Positions 27,057 through 36,362 of a stretch of DNA of 64,000 bases are shown here, piece by piece. This DNA is from a virus (Duplodnaviria; Caudoviricetes). Location: the IMG/VR virus record IMGVR_UViG_2706796291_000001, positions 32,001 through 96,000 of that record, one strand, 5' to 3'. The notes beneath the pieces were generated by a model. The model made no database searches. It was not told the origin of the DNA and saw nothing but the letters and a program-made list of their open reading frames with translations. A program made the position numbers and the translations under genes. The first letter of the stretch is position 1. Each line of letters opens with the position of its first letter.

Positions 27057-27899
27057 ATGGATTTTATAAAATCACCACTGAATTATACAGGTGGAAAATT
27101 TAAACTGTTGCCAAAAATAATGCCACTGTTTTACGAAGCAGAGACATTCATTGATTTGTTTGGTGGTGGTGGTAATGTTGGAATTAATTCTAATAGTGAA
27201 AAAATTATTATCAATGATAGAGAAAAGGTTGTAATTGATTTTTTCAAAAAAATACAAAAACTCTCGATAGAAGATGTTCTTGAATCAATCAAAGGCTATA
27301 TTGAAACTTATGATTTAAGTAAAGTTAACCAAGAAGGTTTTTTAAAGATTAGAAAAGATTACAATACTTCAACAGAAAAAGACCCATTAATGTTCTATAC
27401 GATGCTAATGTATTCTTTTAATTATCAAATTAGATTTAATTCTAAAGGTGAATACAATATGCCCTTTGGAAAAGACCGCAGTAGCTTCAATAAAAATACT
27501 GAAAAGAATATCCGTAATTTCCACAATGCAATTCTCTCTAAAAAAATTATTTTCACAAATAACGATTTTAGAGATATAAAAGTGGATAAAATTAATAGTG
27601 ATACAATGGTCTATTGTGACCCACCATATTTAATTACCACCGCTTCATACAATGAAAATGGTGGATGGACAGAAAAAGAAGAAATAGATTTATTGAATTT
27701 ATTAGATGAATTAAATGATAAAAATATTAAATTTGCTTTATCAAATGTCCTTGAACATAAAAATAAAAAAAATACCACACTAATAGAATGGTCGAAAAAA
27801 TATAATATACATTTCTTAGATATGAACTATAACAATAGTAATTACCAAAGCACAGCTAATCAGGGTAAAACGGTAGAAGTACTTATAACAAACTATTAA
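27057..27899 (+). CDS. dam: D12-class DNA adenine methyltransferase (orphan)
   Basis: NYTGGK, DLFGGGG, YCDPPY, EVLITNY. Confidence 0.9.
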   Translation: MDFIKSPLNYTGGKFKLLPKIMPLFYEAETFIDLFGGGGNVGINSNSEKIIINDREKVVIDFFKKIQKLSIEDVLESIKGYIETYDLSKVNQEGFLKIRKDYNTSTEKDPLMFYTMLMYSFNYQIRFNSKGEYNMPFGKDRSSFNKNTEKNIRNFHNAILSKKIIFTNNDFRDIKVDKINSDTMVYCDPPYLITTASYNENGGWTEKEEIDLLNLLDELNDKNIKFALSNVLEHKNKKNTTLIEWSKKYNIHFLDMNYNNSNYQSTANQGKTVEVLITNY

Positions 27900-27924
27900 A
27901 TGTAAAAAATTTAAAGGATAAAAA

Positions 27925-28221
27925 ATGGAAAAAAGAATATTTAGTATTATCAGAGGGGTTTTGATAACAGTCATTACAATCAGCTTGCTATTGGGCTATA
28001 TCTGGTTTGTCTTTGATTTAAACATGCTTGCATGGGGAACTATCCTTATGGGTGTTATGTTTCAGGGTACTGTAGTTATGTTTGTAGTCGGTCTATGGTT
28101 AATAATGTTAAGTTGTATCTTCTTCTTTGTTTTAGGTATGGCATTAATATTCTGGATATCAGTTTTATTTGATAAAATTGAAGAATATATTTTTGAAGAA
28201 AGGGAAATACGAAATGATTAA
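27925..28221 (+). CDS. Membrane protein
   Basis: Long hydrophobic segments. Confidence 0.6.
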   Translation: MEKRIFSIIRGVLITVITISLLLGYIWFVFDLNMLAWGTILMGVMFQGTVVMFVVGLWLIMLSCIFFFVLGMALIFWISVLFDKIEEYIFEEREIRND

Positions 28222-28570
28222 AGTTTACCAATGTCGAGCACAAATTAATACACCCTACCTGACATCAAATTCACGTTCAGGGTTCTTTAAAAAAGGAGAA
28301 GACTTTCTCATGTATCGTAGCTCAAAAGGTACGTGGGTTGTAAGCTCTCCAAAGAACTCAACAATGCACACAAATGCTATTCCAATCGAACATGCTTTGG
28401 ATACTAAACACTCATGGCTCTTAAACCTTAATATCACGAGTATTGTGGATATTTTTGAAGCACCAAACAAGACACATCTACGTCACTCATTCGCTCTATT
28501 CAAATACCCTATCTTTGCAAATTTTGTAAATATAGAGAATTTCGAACTAAATCTCAAAGGAGAACAATAA
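28214..28570 (+). CDS. Hypothetical protein
   Basis: Tiled ORF. Confidence 0.55.
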   Translation: MIKVYQCRAQINTPYLTSNSRSGFFKKGEDFLMYRSSKGTWVVSSPKNSTMHTNAIPIEHALDTKHSWLLNLNITSIVDIFEAPNKTHLRHSFALFKYPIFANFVNIENFELNLKGEQ

Positions 28571-29088
28571 TGGAAAAAGTTAAAATTTATTTCGCAAGCC
28601 CACTTTTCTCAGATATGGAACGTTGGTTTAATACTGATATTGTTGACAGTTTACGATACGGTCTTCCTGAAAATGTAGAGATTTATCTACCACAGGAAAA
28701 TGAAGCAATTAATGATAAGTCAGGATATGCAAACTCTGTAATGATTGCAGAAGCTGATACAAATGAACTGTTGAGTTCTGACTTTATTGTAGCTGTCCTA
28801 GACGGTGCAACAATTGATGTTGGTGTAGCTAGTGAAATTGGAGTTGCTTATGCTAAAGGCATTCCAGTTATTGGTCTGTATTCAGATTCACGTCAAGGTG
28901 CTTTTGGAAACACAAACAAAATCAATGCTCTTGAAGAAGTAGGAGAATCACAATTCTCTTATATTAATCTCTATACTGTAGGGTTAGTTAAATCTAACGG
29001 TACTCTATTTAAAGATGTTGGCGATTGGTTCGACTACATCGTTGACGAAGCTAAAAAATTATTAGAAGAAAAGGAAACAAATGACTAA
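28570..29088 (+). CDS. Nucleoside 2-deoxyribosyltransferase family protein
   Basis: IYFASPLFS, YLPQEN, DVGVASEIGVA. Confidence 0.85.
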   Translation: MEKVKIYFASPLFSDMERWFNTDIVDSLRYGLPENVEIYLPQENEAINDKSGYANSVMIAEADTNELLSSDFIVAVLDGATIDVGVASEIGVAYAKGIPVIGLYSDSRQGAFGNTNKINALEEVGESQFSYINLYTVGLVKSNGTLFKDVGDWFDYIVDEAKKLLEEKETND

Positions 29089-29740
29089 ACTAATTAACAA
29101 GCCAGTGTTCCAATACACATACATCACCATTATCGTACTTGCTCAATTAGTAGTACTCTTCACAGTTAAAACACCTATTATTCAATGGGTATCAGGTCTT
29201 TCAGGTGCATTGTACGTATCGACTCTAACATTCAGCAAAAAATATACTTTCTTAGTTGCTCTTGTGTTTAACACGACAATGTTATTTATTGGTATTCAAC
29301 ATGGTATCTTATCAGAAAGTATTCAACAACCATTATTTATGGCAATGGGTATCATTGGATTCATTCACATGAACTTTAAAGGACGATACAAATTTATCAA
29401 TAACACTCTTCAACGAATTAAAAATATTGAAGTTTGGAAAATTCTCTTACTTAGTGTGGTTGTTATGATAGTATGGACTTTTATCTCTAAGGGTCTTGGT
29501 TCTCCTATTTGGTGGAAAGATGGAATCCTTGGTGGTGTAGCTATTTCAGCACAGTTATTCTCTATTGCAGGAAGCAAATATAGTTGGTTCTACTGGATGA
29601 CATTAAACGCACTAACAACTTGGACGTGGTTTACACTTGCAACACCTAATGTTACTATGGGTGTTCTATATCTAATCTTCCTTGTGAACTCAATCTTTGG
29701 TTACATTTTCTGGAATGTATCTAATAAAGAAAGCCTTTAA
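29081..29740 (+). CDS. pnuC: PnuC-family transporter
   Basis: About 7 TM helices; AQLF...WFYWMTLN pattern. Confidence 0.65.
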   Translation: MTKLINKPVFQYTYITIIVLAQLVVLFTVKTPIIQWVSGLSGALYVSTLTFSKKYTFLVALVFNTTMLFIGIQHGILSESIQQPLFMAMGIIGFIHMNFKGRYKFINNTLQRIKNIEVWKILLLSVVVMIVWTFISKGLGSPIWWKDGILGGVAISAQLFSIAGSKYSWFYWMTLNALTTWTWFTLATPNVTMGVLYLIFLVNSIFGYIFWNVSNKESL

Positions 29741-29760
29741 TAGGCTTTTTATTGTGTCAC

Positions 29761-29789
29761 TTGACAAACCATGAAAAATATGGTATAAT
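29761..29789 (+). promoter_or_regulatory. Sigma-A promoter (nrdDG)
   Basis: TTGACA-17-TATAAT. Confidence 0.85.
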
Positions 29790-29818
29790 ATAACTTGTAT
29801 AGAAATTGGAGGAAATAG

Positions 29819-32320
29819 ATGGAAAATTTATTTGTTATTAAGAAAAGAACAGATGAGAAACAAGAAAGGGTGACGGAAGAATGGAACTTCGATAAGGTAA
29901 TTTCTGCCTGTCAAAAGTCAGCCCAACACATAGACAAACCTCTAACTAAAGAACAAATCGCTGAGATTAAATCCTTAGTAGAACTTGCCATTGTCAAACG
30001 TAGAGATGGTATTTTAGCTGATACAAGTGTGCAACATGAAGATAAACTTCATTACATTAATGTTCGTGAAATTCATGATATTGTTTTGTCGGCTCTTAAA
30101 CAAGTTGATGCTGATATATATGATTCATATCATGAATATCGAAACTATAAAATATCGCAAGATAAGCATTATCGTGAATTATATAAAGATTTGGATAGTC
30201 TTAAAAATGGAATTTACAATGAGAATGCAAACAAAGACAGCTCTATTAATTCAACTAAACGTTCTCTTCTTGCTGAAATGACTCAGAAGAAAATTGTGAC
30301 TGACTTTATTCTTCAAAAGAACTGGGCTAAGGCTCATGAAGAAGGATGGATTTACATTCATGATTTAGGAGATTTGTACTGGAGAAGTTTCAATTGTGAT
30401 AACGTTGATTTCGCAAATATCATTAAGACTAAAAAACAAAAGGATGGAGAGTATGCTTTTACTTTAAATGGTATTAAATATCCCGAACCTAAATCAATTA
30501 GTTCAGCTTTTAATTTAGTGGCGGATTTACTCCTCCAAGTCTCTAGCCAGCAGCACGGTGGACTGAGTGTTCAGAACTTTGACCATTTCCTAGCACCTTA
30601 TGCAGAATTAACTTATGATAAAGCATTCAAAAGATATATGGAAAAGGGAATTGCATATAATACAGCACGTGAAATGGCAGAAGAAGATACTCTTTATGCA
30701 ATCAAACAAGGTGTTCAAGGATTTGAACTTGAAATAAGTACTGTCTCTAATGCATTGGGGCAAATTCCATTTACATCAATTGGTTTTGGATTGGATACAT
30801 CTAAATGGGGTCGTGAAATTACTCGTGCTTTCTTGCTCGAACGTTCTGAGCCAGATTGTGTACTTGTCTTTCCTAAATTAATTTTTGCTAGTGCTAAAGA
30901 AGTTAACTTGAATCCTGATTCACCTAACTATGATTTATTCCAATTGGCTATCAAATGCAGTTCAACTAAACTATATCCTGACTACGTTTCAATGGATAAC
31001 GGTATTCTTGCACCTGCATACAGTCGTCATAAAGATGACTTAGACCAAATTTTATCAGTACCAATGGGGTGTCGCTCGTATAATAGCTTTGAATTTATTA
31101 ATCCTTTAGAGGATTCAGAAGACTTCCAAAAGGAAGTTTATAAAGGACGTGGAAATGTTGGTGTAGTAACAATTAATTTCCCTAAAATTGCCATAGAATC
31201 AGGTGGTAACTGGAATACATTCTATGAATTACTACATAAATATACCAATATGACGATGGATATCTTAGATTGGAGATATAATTATGCTGGAGAAGCTAGA
31301 GCAGAAAGCAATCCTCTAATGTGGATGGAAGGTGGTGCATGGAGACGACTCAATCATGATGAAAAAATCTCTAAAACAATCTTTAATTTTTCTTCATCTA
31401 TTGGATTGATTGGATTCAACGAAACTTTGAATTATATGTATTTAAATAATGGATATGAAATTAATAACTTACCAGATTATAAAAAAGGTGGTCAACGTCA
31501 ACAAGACCAAATGAAATTAATGGAAGTCCTTAATTCAATTAAAGAATTTAGAAATATCCATGACGCTGTTCGTATTGATGAAGATGGTGTTCAAACTCGT
31601 GTTTGGGATGAAGAAGGAAACTTTGTTCACCCAGACCCAGACAAGAAATACCTTGAAGTTTATGAAGGCTTAGACACAACACACAAAACAACTATTATAC
31701 CTCGTATGTATTCTATCTATGGAACACCTGCTGAATCTCTTGTGTATAAAACGATGAAACAATTACAAGAACAATATGGGTTTATTAATGGTGTTACAAC
31801 TCAAGAGGATGGAAAAGGACGTAATTATATTACTAATTCATTCCATCAGCCAGTATGGATAGAATCAAATGTCTTTGATAAGATTGACTTTGAAGCTCCT
31901 TTCCATTGGGATAAAATGGCAAGCGGTGGGCATATCAGTCAGAATGAATTTGCATATGGTACACCTGTAACAGTTCTTGAACAAGCTGTCCGTTATGCTA
32001 TGGAGAAAGGGATGTACTATGGCATCAATATTGCATCTAGTCATTGCTTTGATTGTGGATGGAATGGAGAAACAGCAGACACTTGTGCTGAGTGTGGTTC
32101 AAGCAATGTGGTAACAATAAATAGAATCTGTGGATATCTGTCTATTACATCACGTAATGGACATAGTGTTGTCAATTCTGGGAAAACAGAAGAATTACTA
32201 GAACGTGTTAATCACGTTGGAAATTCTAAAAAAGAATATACTAAAAACTTTGAGAAAAAACATGACATACAAAGAGATGTTGTATCGAAAGAGTTCTCAA
32301 TGTTTGAATCAGGAGAGTAA
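29819..32320 (+). CDS. nrdD: Class III anaerobic ribonucleotide reductase
   Basis: ATP cone, IYIHDL, FPKL, MGCRS, TPAESL, YITNSFH, RICGYL. Confidence 0.95.
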   Translation: MENLFVIKKRTDEKQERVTEEWNFDKVISACQKSAQHIDKPLTKEQIAEIKSLVELAIVKRRDGILADTSVQHEDKLHYINVREIHDIVLSALKQVDADIYDSYHEYRNYKISQDKHYRELYKDLDSLKNGIYNENANKDSSINSTKRSLLAEMTQKKIVTDFILQKNWAKAHEEGWIYIHDLGDLYWRSFNCDNVDFANIIKTKKQKDGEYAFTLNGIKYPEPKSISSAFNLVADLLLQVSSQQHGGLSVQNFDHFLAPYAELTYDKAFKRYMEKGIAYNTAREMAEEDTLYAIKQGVQGFELEISTVSNALGQIPFTSIGFGLDTSKWGREITRAFLLERSEPDCVLVFPKLIFASAKEVNLNPDSPNYDLFQLAIKCSSTKLYPDYVSMDNGILAPAYSRHKDDLDQILSVPMGCRSYNSFEFINPLEDSEDFQKEVYKGRGNVGVVTINFPKIAIESGGNWNTFYELLHKYTNMTMDILDWRYNYAGEARAESNPLMWMEGGAWRRLNHDEKISKTIFNFSSSIGLIGFNETLNYMYLNNGYEINNLPDYKKGGQRQQDQMKLMEVLNSIKEFRNIHDAVRIDEDGVQTRVWDEEGNFVHPDPDKKYLEVYEGLDTTHKTTIIPRMYSIYGTPAESLVYKTMKQLQEQYGFINGVTTQEDGKGRNYITNSFHQPVWIESNVFDKIDFEAPFHWDKMASGGHISQNEFAYGTPVTVLEQAVRYAMEKGMYYGINIASSHCFDCGWNGETADTCAECGSSNVVTINRICGYLSITSRNGHSVVNSGKTEELLERVNHVGNSKKEYTKNFEKKHDIQRDVVSKEFSMFESGE

Positions 32321-32916
32321 TGGCTTATATACATCAAATAAATGCTATGGACTTTGAGAATAGTTTCCAAGAGGGAGGATTTAGACATGATAAGCAGTCT
32401 AAGCTCCCTGTGGGAGCTGTTGTTTCAGTCTTTGTAAATTATTGTTCATTCCATTGCTTGGGGTGTTGGAATAGTGATACGTGGGATAGGAAAGACGACC
32501 TTTACATTCCAGATGAGGAAGTTGCAGAACAAATCATTGAAGGTTTAGACCAGTTTGAACTTGACCCACCGATAGGATTATCACTACTTGGAGGCGATTG
32601 CATCCTTCCTGACAATGCCGAGAGTACAGCAAATATTATCAAAATTGTTTTAGAGAAGAGACCTAATGTTGTTATTGGTTTATGGACTGGATACAAATTT
32701 GAATATCTTTTAAAACATGCTGATGAGAACCAAAAATACATCTTAGAACATATAGATGTTCTCATTGATGGCAGATTTATTGAAAAGAAAAAGATAGCAA
32801 ACAAACGCTATGGTTCTTATAATCAACGAGTTATTAATGTTCCTAAATCACTTAAAAAATGTAAGACAATATTTACAGAATCTTATCAACTAGATATGAA
32901 AGATTTCCCAATATAA
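32320..32916 (+). CDS. nrdG: NrdD activase (radical SAM)
   Basis: CSFHCLGC, IDVLIDGRF, GSYNQR. Confidence 0.9.
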   Translation: MAYIHQINAMDFENSFQEGGFRHDKQSKLPVGAVVSVFVNYCSFHCLGCWNSDTWDRKDDLYIPDEEVAEQIIEGLDQFELDPPIGLSLLGGDCILPDNAESTANIIKIVLEKRPNVVIGLWTGYKFEYLLKHADENQKYILEHIDVLIDGRFIEKKKIANKRYGSYNQRVINVPKSLKKCKTIFTESYQLDMKDFPI

Positions 32917-32961
32917 ATTTAAAAGCTATCTCTTGACTGAGATGGCTTTTAATGGTATAAT
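32910..32961 (+). promoter_or_regulatory. Terminator-promoter fusion heading endonuclease cassette 1
   Basis: aaaagctatctc-TTGACT-gagatggctttt, TATAAT 17 nt later. Confidence 0.8.
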
Positions 32962-32991
32962 AGTAGTAACATAAAATGAAAGTGATGAATA

Positions 32992-33921
32992 ATGAGTAAG
33001 AAATTAACAACAGAGGAAGTAAAGAAAAGAATTGAAGAATTAACTAATGGGGAGTACTTGTTACTTGGGGATTATGTTGATACACATACTAAAATGTTAA
33101 TAAAACACAGTATATGTGGAAATGAGTATAAAATTACGTGGCATAATTTTCAAAAGGGTAGGAGATGTCAAAAATGTAGTGGAACAAAGAAATTAAATAA
33201 TAAAGAAATTGATAAGAGAATTGAAGAGTTAGTCGGTGAAGAATATGTGAGACTCAGCGATTATTTAGGTGCTAACAATAAACTGCTAGTTAAACACGTT
33301 CTCTGTCAAAATATATATGAGGTAACTTGGAGTCATTTTCAAACAGGTATCAGATGCCCAAAATGTAAATATTTGAGATTGAAAGAACTATTTTCCTTTG
33401 ATAATCAAAAAATTGACAAAAAAATGTATGAATTAGTAGGAAACGAATATATTAGAATTGGAAAATATGTTAATAATTCAACAAAAATGCGAGTAAAACA
33501 CGCTCTCTGTGAAAATGTATATGAAGTGAAATGGGGTGATTTCCAACAAGGTGTAAGGTGTCCAAAATGTAATGAGTCGAAGGGGGAAAAGGAAATTTCT
33601 AACATTCTAAACTTACTAAATATTAAATACACATCTCAAAAACGATTTAAAGAATGTAGACATAAAAGGAGTTTACCATTTGATTTTTATATTAAAAATA
33701 AAAAATCTAAACTTTTAATTGAGTTTGATGGTAGACAACACTTTGAATCTGTTGAGATTTTTGGTGGTGAAGAAGGTCTTAGAGAAACTCAGATTCGTGA
33801 TAATATCAAAAACGATTTCGCTCTCTCAAACAACATTCCTCTTTTAAGAATCCCTTACACAGAACAAGACAATATTAAACAAATCCTAACAAACAAACTC
33901 AAAGAATTAAACTTTATCTAA
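32992..33921 (+). CDS. Free-standing Hef/Vsr-like endonuclease, 3 Zn-ribbon repeats
   Basis: 3x KH..C.N.Y...W..F..G.RC.KC; FDFY..LIEFDGRQH. Confidence 0.75.
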   Translation: MSKKLTTEEVKKRIEELTNGEYLLLGDYVDTHTKMLIKHSICGNEYKITWHNFQKGRRCQKCSGTKKLNNKEIDKRIEELVGEEYVRLSDYLGANNKLLVKHVLCQNIYEVTWSHFQTGIRCPKCKYLRLKELFSFDNQKIDKKMYELVGNEYIRIGKYVNNSTKMRVKHALCENVYEVKWGDFQQGVRCPKCNESKGEKEISNILNLLNIKYTSQKRFKECRHKRSLPFDFYIKNKKSKLLIEFDGRQHFESVEIFGGEEGLRETQIRDNIKNDFALSNNIPLLRIPYTEQDNIKQILTNKLKELNFI

Positions 33922-33928
33922 CCATCAC

Positions 33929-33957
33929 TTGACAAATCTAAATAAATATGGTATAAT
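33929..33957 (+). promoter_or_regulatory. Sigma-A promoter
   Basis: TTGACA-17-TATAAT. Confidence 0.85.
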
Positions 33958-33989
33958 ATTATATATAGAACATAAAGGAGAAAACAATT

Positions 33990-35213
33990 ATGAAAATTAA
34001 AGGCTTAAACAATGATGTAGAGGTATTACTTGACTCTGACAATATTGACCAAGCAACTCTTACGCAAATTAAAGAACTTGCGGATTCAGAACGTTATGCA
34101 GACAACAAAATTGTTATGATGCCTGACACTCACGCTGGTATACCAGCACCAATTGGGTTAACAATGAAAATTAATAATCCTCTTGAAAAGTTCCCTTTTG
34201 AGCTTGTTGGTAACGATATTGGATGTGGGGTCACATCTATTGTATTTGAAACTGCTCGCCCATTCACGGATGATGAATTAGTCTCTTTGTATTCTGAAAT
34301 TGAAAAAGAAATCAAAACAAATGTCAACGATAAAAACATTGCTTATGACTTTATTGATGATACAGGTAGTGACTTTGAAATCCCTGTAAGCCTAAACTGT
34401 GGTGAAATCCCAGAATATGAAAGGCGAACATTCGGAACTCTAGGTGGTGGTAATCACTTTATTGAACTTGGTGAAATTTCAGATAATACATATATGCTAT
34501 CTATTCACTCTGGTTCACGTGGTCTTGGAGCATTTGTATATAAAAAATATAAAGAAATTGCGGAAAATGGTAGCCGACACTGTGTGGAAAGCAAGAGAAA
34601 AGAGATTATTGACTTTTTCTTGGAACGTGGTTTAGATACGATGATTCAAGATGTTATTAAGAATGTTCCTCAAGATTACTTTGATGGAAATGGATATTTA
34701 AATGATGATGATGTTCTTGATTATTTAGAGGATATGCAATATGCTGTTAACTTTGCAGAGAACTCACGTTTATCTATGCTTTTGCGTGTATATGCTTTAA
34801 TCTCTATGATTCAATCCACATATTCACAACAAACAATCATTTCAACTCATAATTATTATAATGTTGATGATAAAATTCTACGAAAAGGTGCTGTTCGCTC
34901 TAATGGATTATTAGTAACACCCTTATCAATGAATAAAGGGATTATTGTTTCAGAGGGGATTCCATCTGCGGACAATAATTATTCAGCACCACATGGCGCT
35001 GGTCGTATTATGTCACGCAAAGTTGCAAAAGATAGTATTACCTTAAACTCATTGATTTCTGATATGGATGGAATCATCACGAATGTTCGTGATGGCATCA
35101 TTGACGAATCACCTCGTGCGTATAAGAACTACGATGAATTGCAAGATTGGTTCAATAAAACAATGAAGCCAATTGCTATCGCAAAACCTATTCTAAATTT
35201 TAAAGGAGAATAA
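33990..35213 (+). CDS. rtcB: RtcB RNA ligase
   Basis: MPDTHAG, DIGCG, GTLGGGNHFIE, HSGSRG, HNY, PHGAGR, DESP.AYK. Confidence 0.92.
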   Translation: MKIKGLNNDVEVLLDSDNIDQATLTQIKELADSERYADNKIVMMPDTHAGIPAPIGLTMKINNPLEKFPFELVGNDIGCGVTSIVFETARPFTDDELVSLYSEIEKEIKTNVNDKNIAYDFIDDTGSDFEIPVSLNCGEIPEYERRTFGTLGGGNHFIELGEISDNTYMLSIHSGSRGLGAFVYKKYKEIAENGSRHCVESKRKEIIDFFLERGLDTMIQDVIKNVPQDYFDGNGYLNDDDVLDYLEDMQYAVNFAENSRLSMLLRVYALISMIQSTYSQQTIISTHNYYNVDDKILRKGAVRSNGLLVTPLSMNKGIIVSEGIPSADNNYSAPHGAGRIMSRKVAKDSITLNSLISDMDGIITNVRDGIIDESPRAYKNYDELQDWFNKTMKPIAIAKPILNFKGE

Positions 35214-35214
35214 T

Positions 35215-35412
35215 ATGAATTTGTTAGAACACTATATTGAAGAAGTCGTTCTTGAAAAGCCTTTCAAGGCAGACTGGACAAAACAACATAAAGATAAATT
35301 TGTCGAAGTCGAAATGATTGTAAATGTTCATGGTGGGCTATCTAGCGCACATAAAATTTTTACAGTTGACAAATGGAAGGAAGTCAAAGAAAAGGGCTTC
35401 TATATTGCGTAA
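35215..35412 (+). CDS. Hypothetical protein
   Basis: AAGGAG RBS. Confidence 0.6.
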   Translation: MNLLEHYIEEVVLEKPFKADWTKQHKDKFVEVEMIVNVHGGLSSAHKIFTVDKWKEVKEKGFYIA

Positions 35413-35430
35413 TTATAAAGGAGGTGTACA

Positions 35431-35682
35431 ATGACACTAGGTTCAGTAACTTTTGAAATGAAAGGTCTAGTCAAATCAGAATCAGATAACTTTGTCTTAG
35501 TACAGCATGACAATTTATATCAAGTATTCGAGAGAGATAGTGACAGTCCATTTATCGTTTACGATGATGAAACAAAACAATTAAATTATCTAAACAAAAA
35601 TGTTTACTCTGCCGATAATCAAAATAAGGCTCGTGCTATATACGAGAAATTACAGATTATCAAAAATAACAGAACGTTTTAG
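35431..35682 (+). CDS. Hypothetical protein
   Basis: AAGGAGG RBS. Confidence 0.6.
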   Translation: MTLGSVTFEMKGLVKSESDNFVLVQHDNLYQVFERDSDSPFIVYDDETKQLNYLNKNVYSADNQNKARAIYEKLQIIKNNRTF

Positions 35683-35720
35683 TTGACAAAATAAGACTAT
35701 TATGGTATAATAGTCTTATT
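35683..35720 (+). promoter_or_regulatory. nrdHIE promoter with perfect 14-bp inverted repeat over -10/+1
   Basis: TTGACA-17-TATAAT; aataagactattat-ggt-ataatagtcttatt. Confidence 0.8.
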
Positions 35721-35745
35721 GCTTTATATAGAAGGAGATATAAAA

Positions 35746-35985
35746 ATGGTTAAAGTATACAGTAAATACAATTGTAAAAATTGTAAACAAGTTAAACGCT
35801 TGCTCAAATTCTCAGGAATTGATTATGTTGAGATTAACGTTGAAGATGATGCAGAAGCTTTCAAATATGTTAAAGAAGAACTAGGGTTTTCTAATCTTCC
35901 AGTTATCGTAGCTCAGGATGTAGAACCATTTGAGTTCAACTCTATCAAAGTGAATGAATTTGTTAAGAGTCATACACATGGATAA
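35746..35985 (+). CDS. nrdH: NrdH-redoxin
   Basis: VYSKYNCKNC; upstream of nrdI/nrdE. Confidence 0.85.
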   Translation: MVKVYSKYNCKNCKQVKRLLKFSGIDYVEINVEDDAEAFKYVKEELGFSNLPVIVAQDVEPFEFNSIKVNEFVKSHTHG

Positions 35986-36349
35986 TATTTTAATTGCTTA
36001 TAAATCATTAGGTGGAAACTGTGATAGAGTAATTAAAAAACTGGGTATCGGAGGGTTCAAGATTGATGGAGATAATATTTATGACTTCAATGATGATAGT
36101 AAATTTTATCTCTTGATTCCCACTTATGAGGAAGAGTGGATTGGAGATGCGTGGGATTTTATGGATGATTATCATGAGAACTGCTTAGGTATCATAGGGT
36201 CAGGAAACTTTAACTTTGGGGATGATATGTTTATATTCACAGCAAACGATATGAGTAAGAAATATAATATTCCTGTAATCTATTCCATCGAGAACTTTGG
36301 AAACAAGAAAGATATCAACAACATTAAAGAGTTATTGCAAATAAATTAA
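35978..36349 (+). CDS. nrdI: NrdI flavodoxin
   Basis: YKSLGGN, LIPTY, GIIGSGNFNFG. Confidence 0.85.
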   Translation: MDNILIAYKSLGGNCDRVIKKLGIGGFKIDGDNIYDFNDDSKFYLLIPTYEEEWIGDAWDFMDDYHENCLGIIGSGNFNFGDDMFIFTANDMSKKYNIPVIYSIENFGNKKDINNIKELLQIN

Positions 36350-36362
36350 TAGGAGGTTTCAC

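Noticed and set aside
27057-27899. Restriction-modification system
   Set aside because: No neighbouring restriction endonuclease; an orphan methylase is normal for phages.
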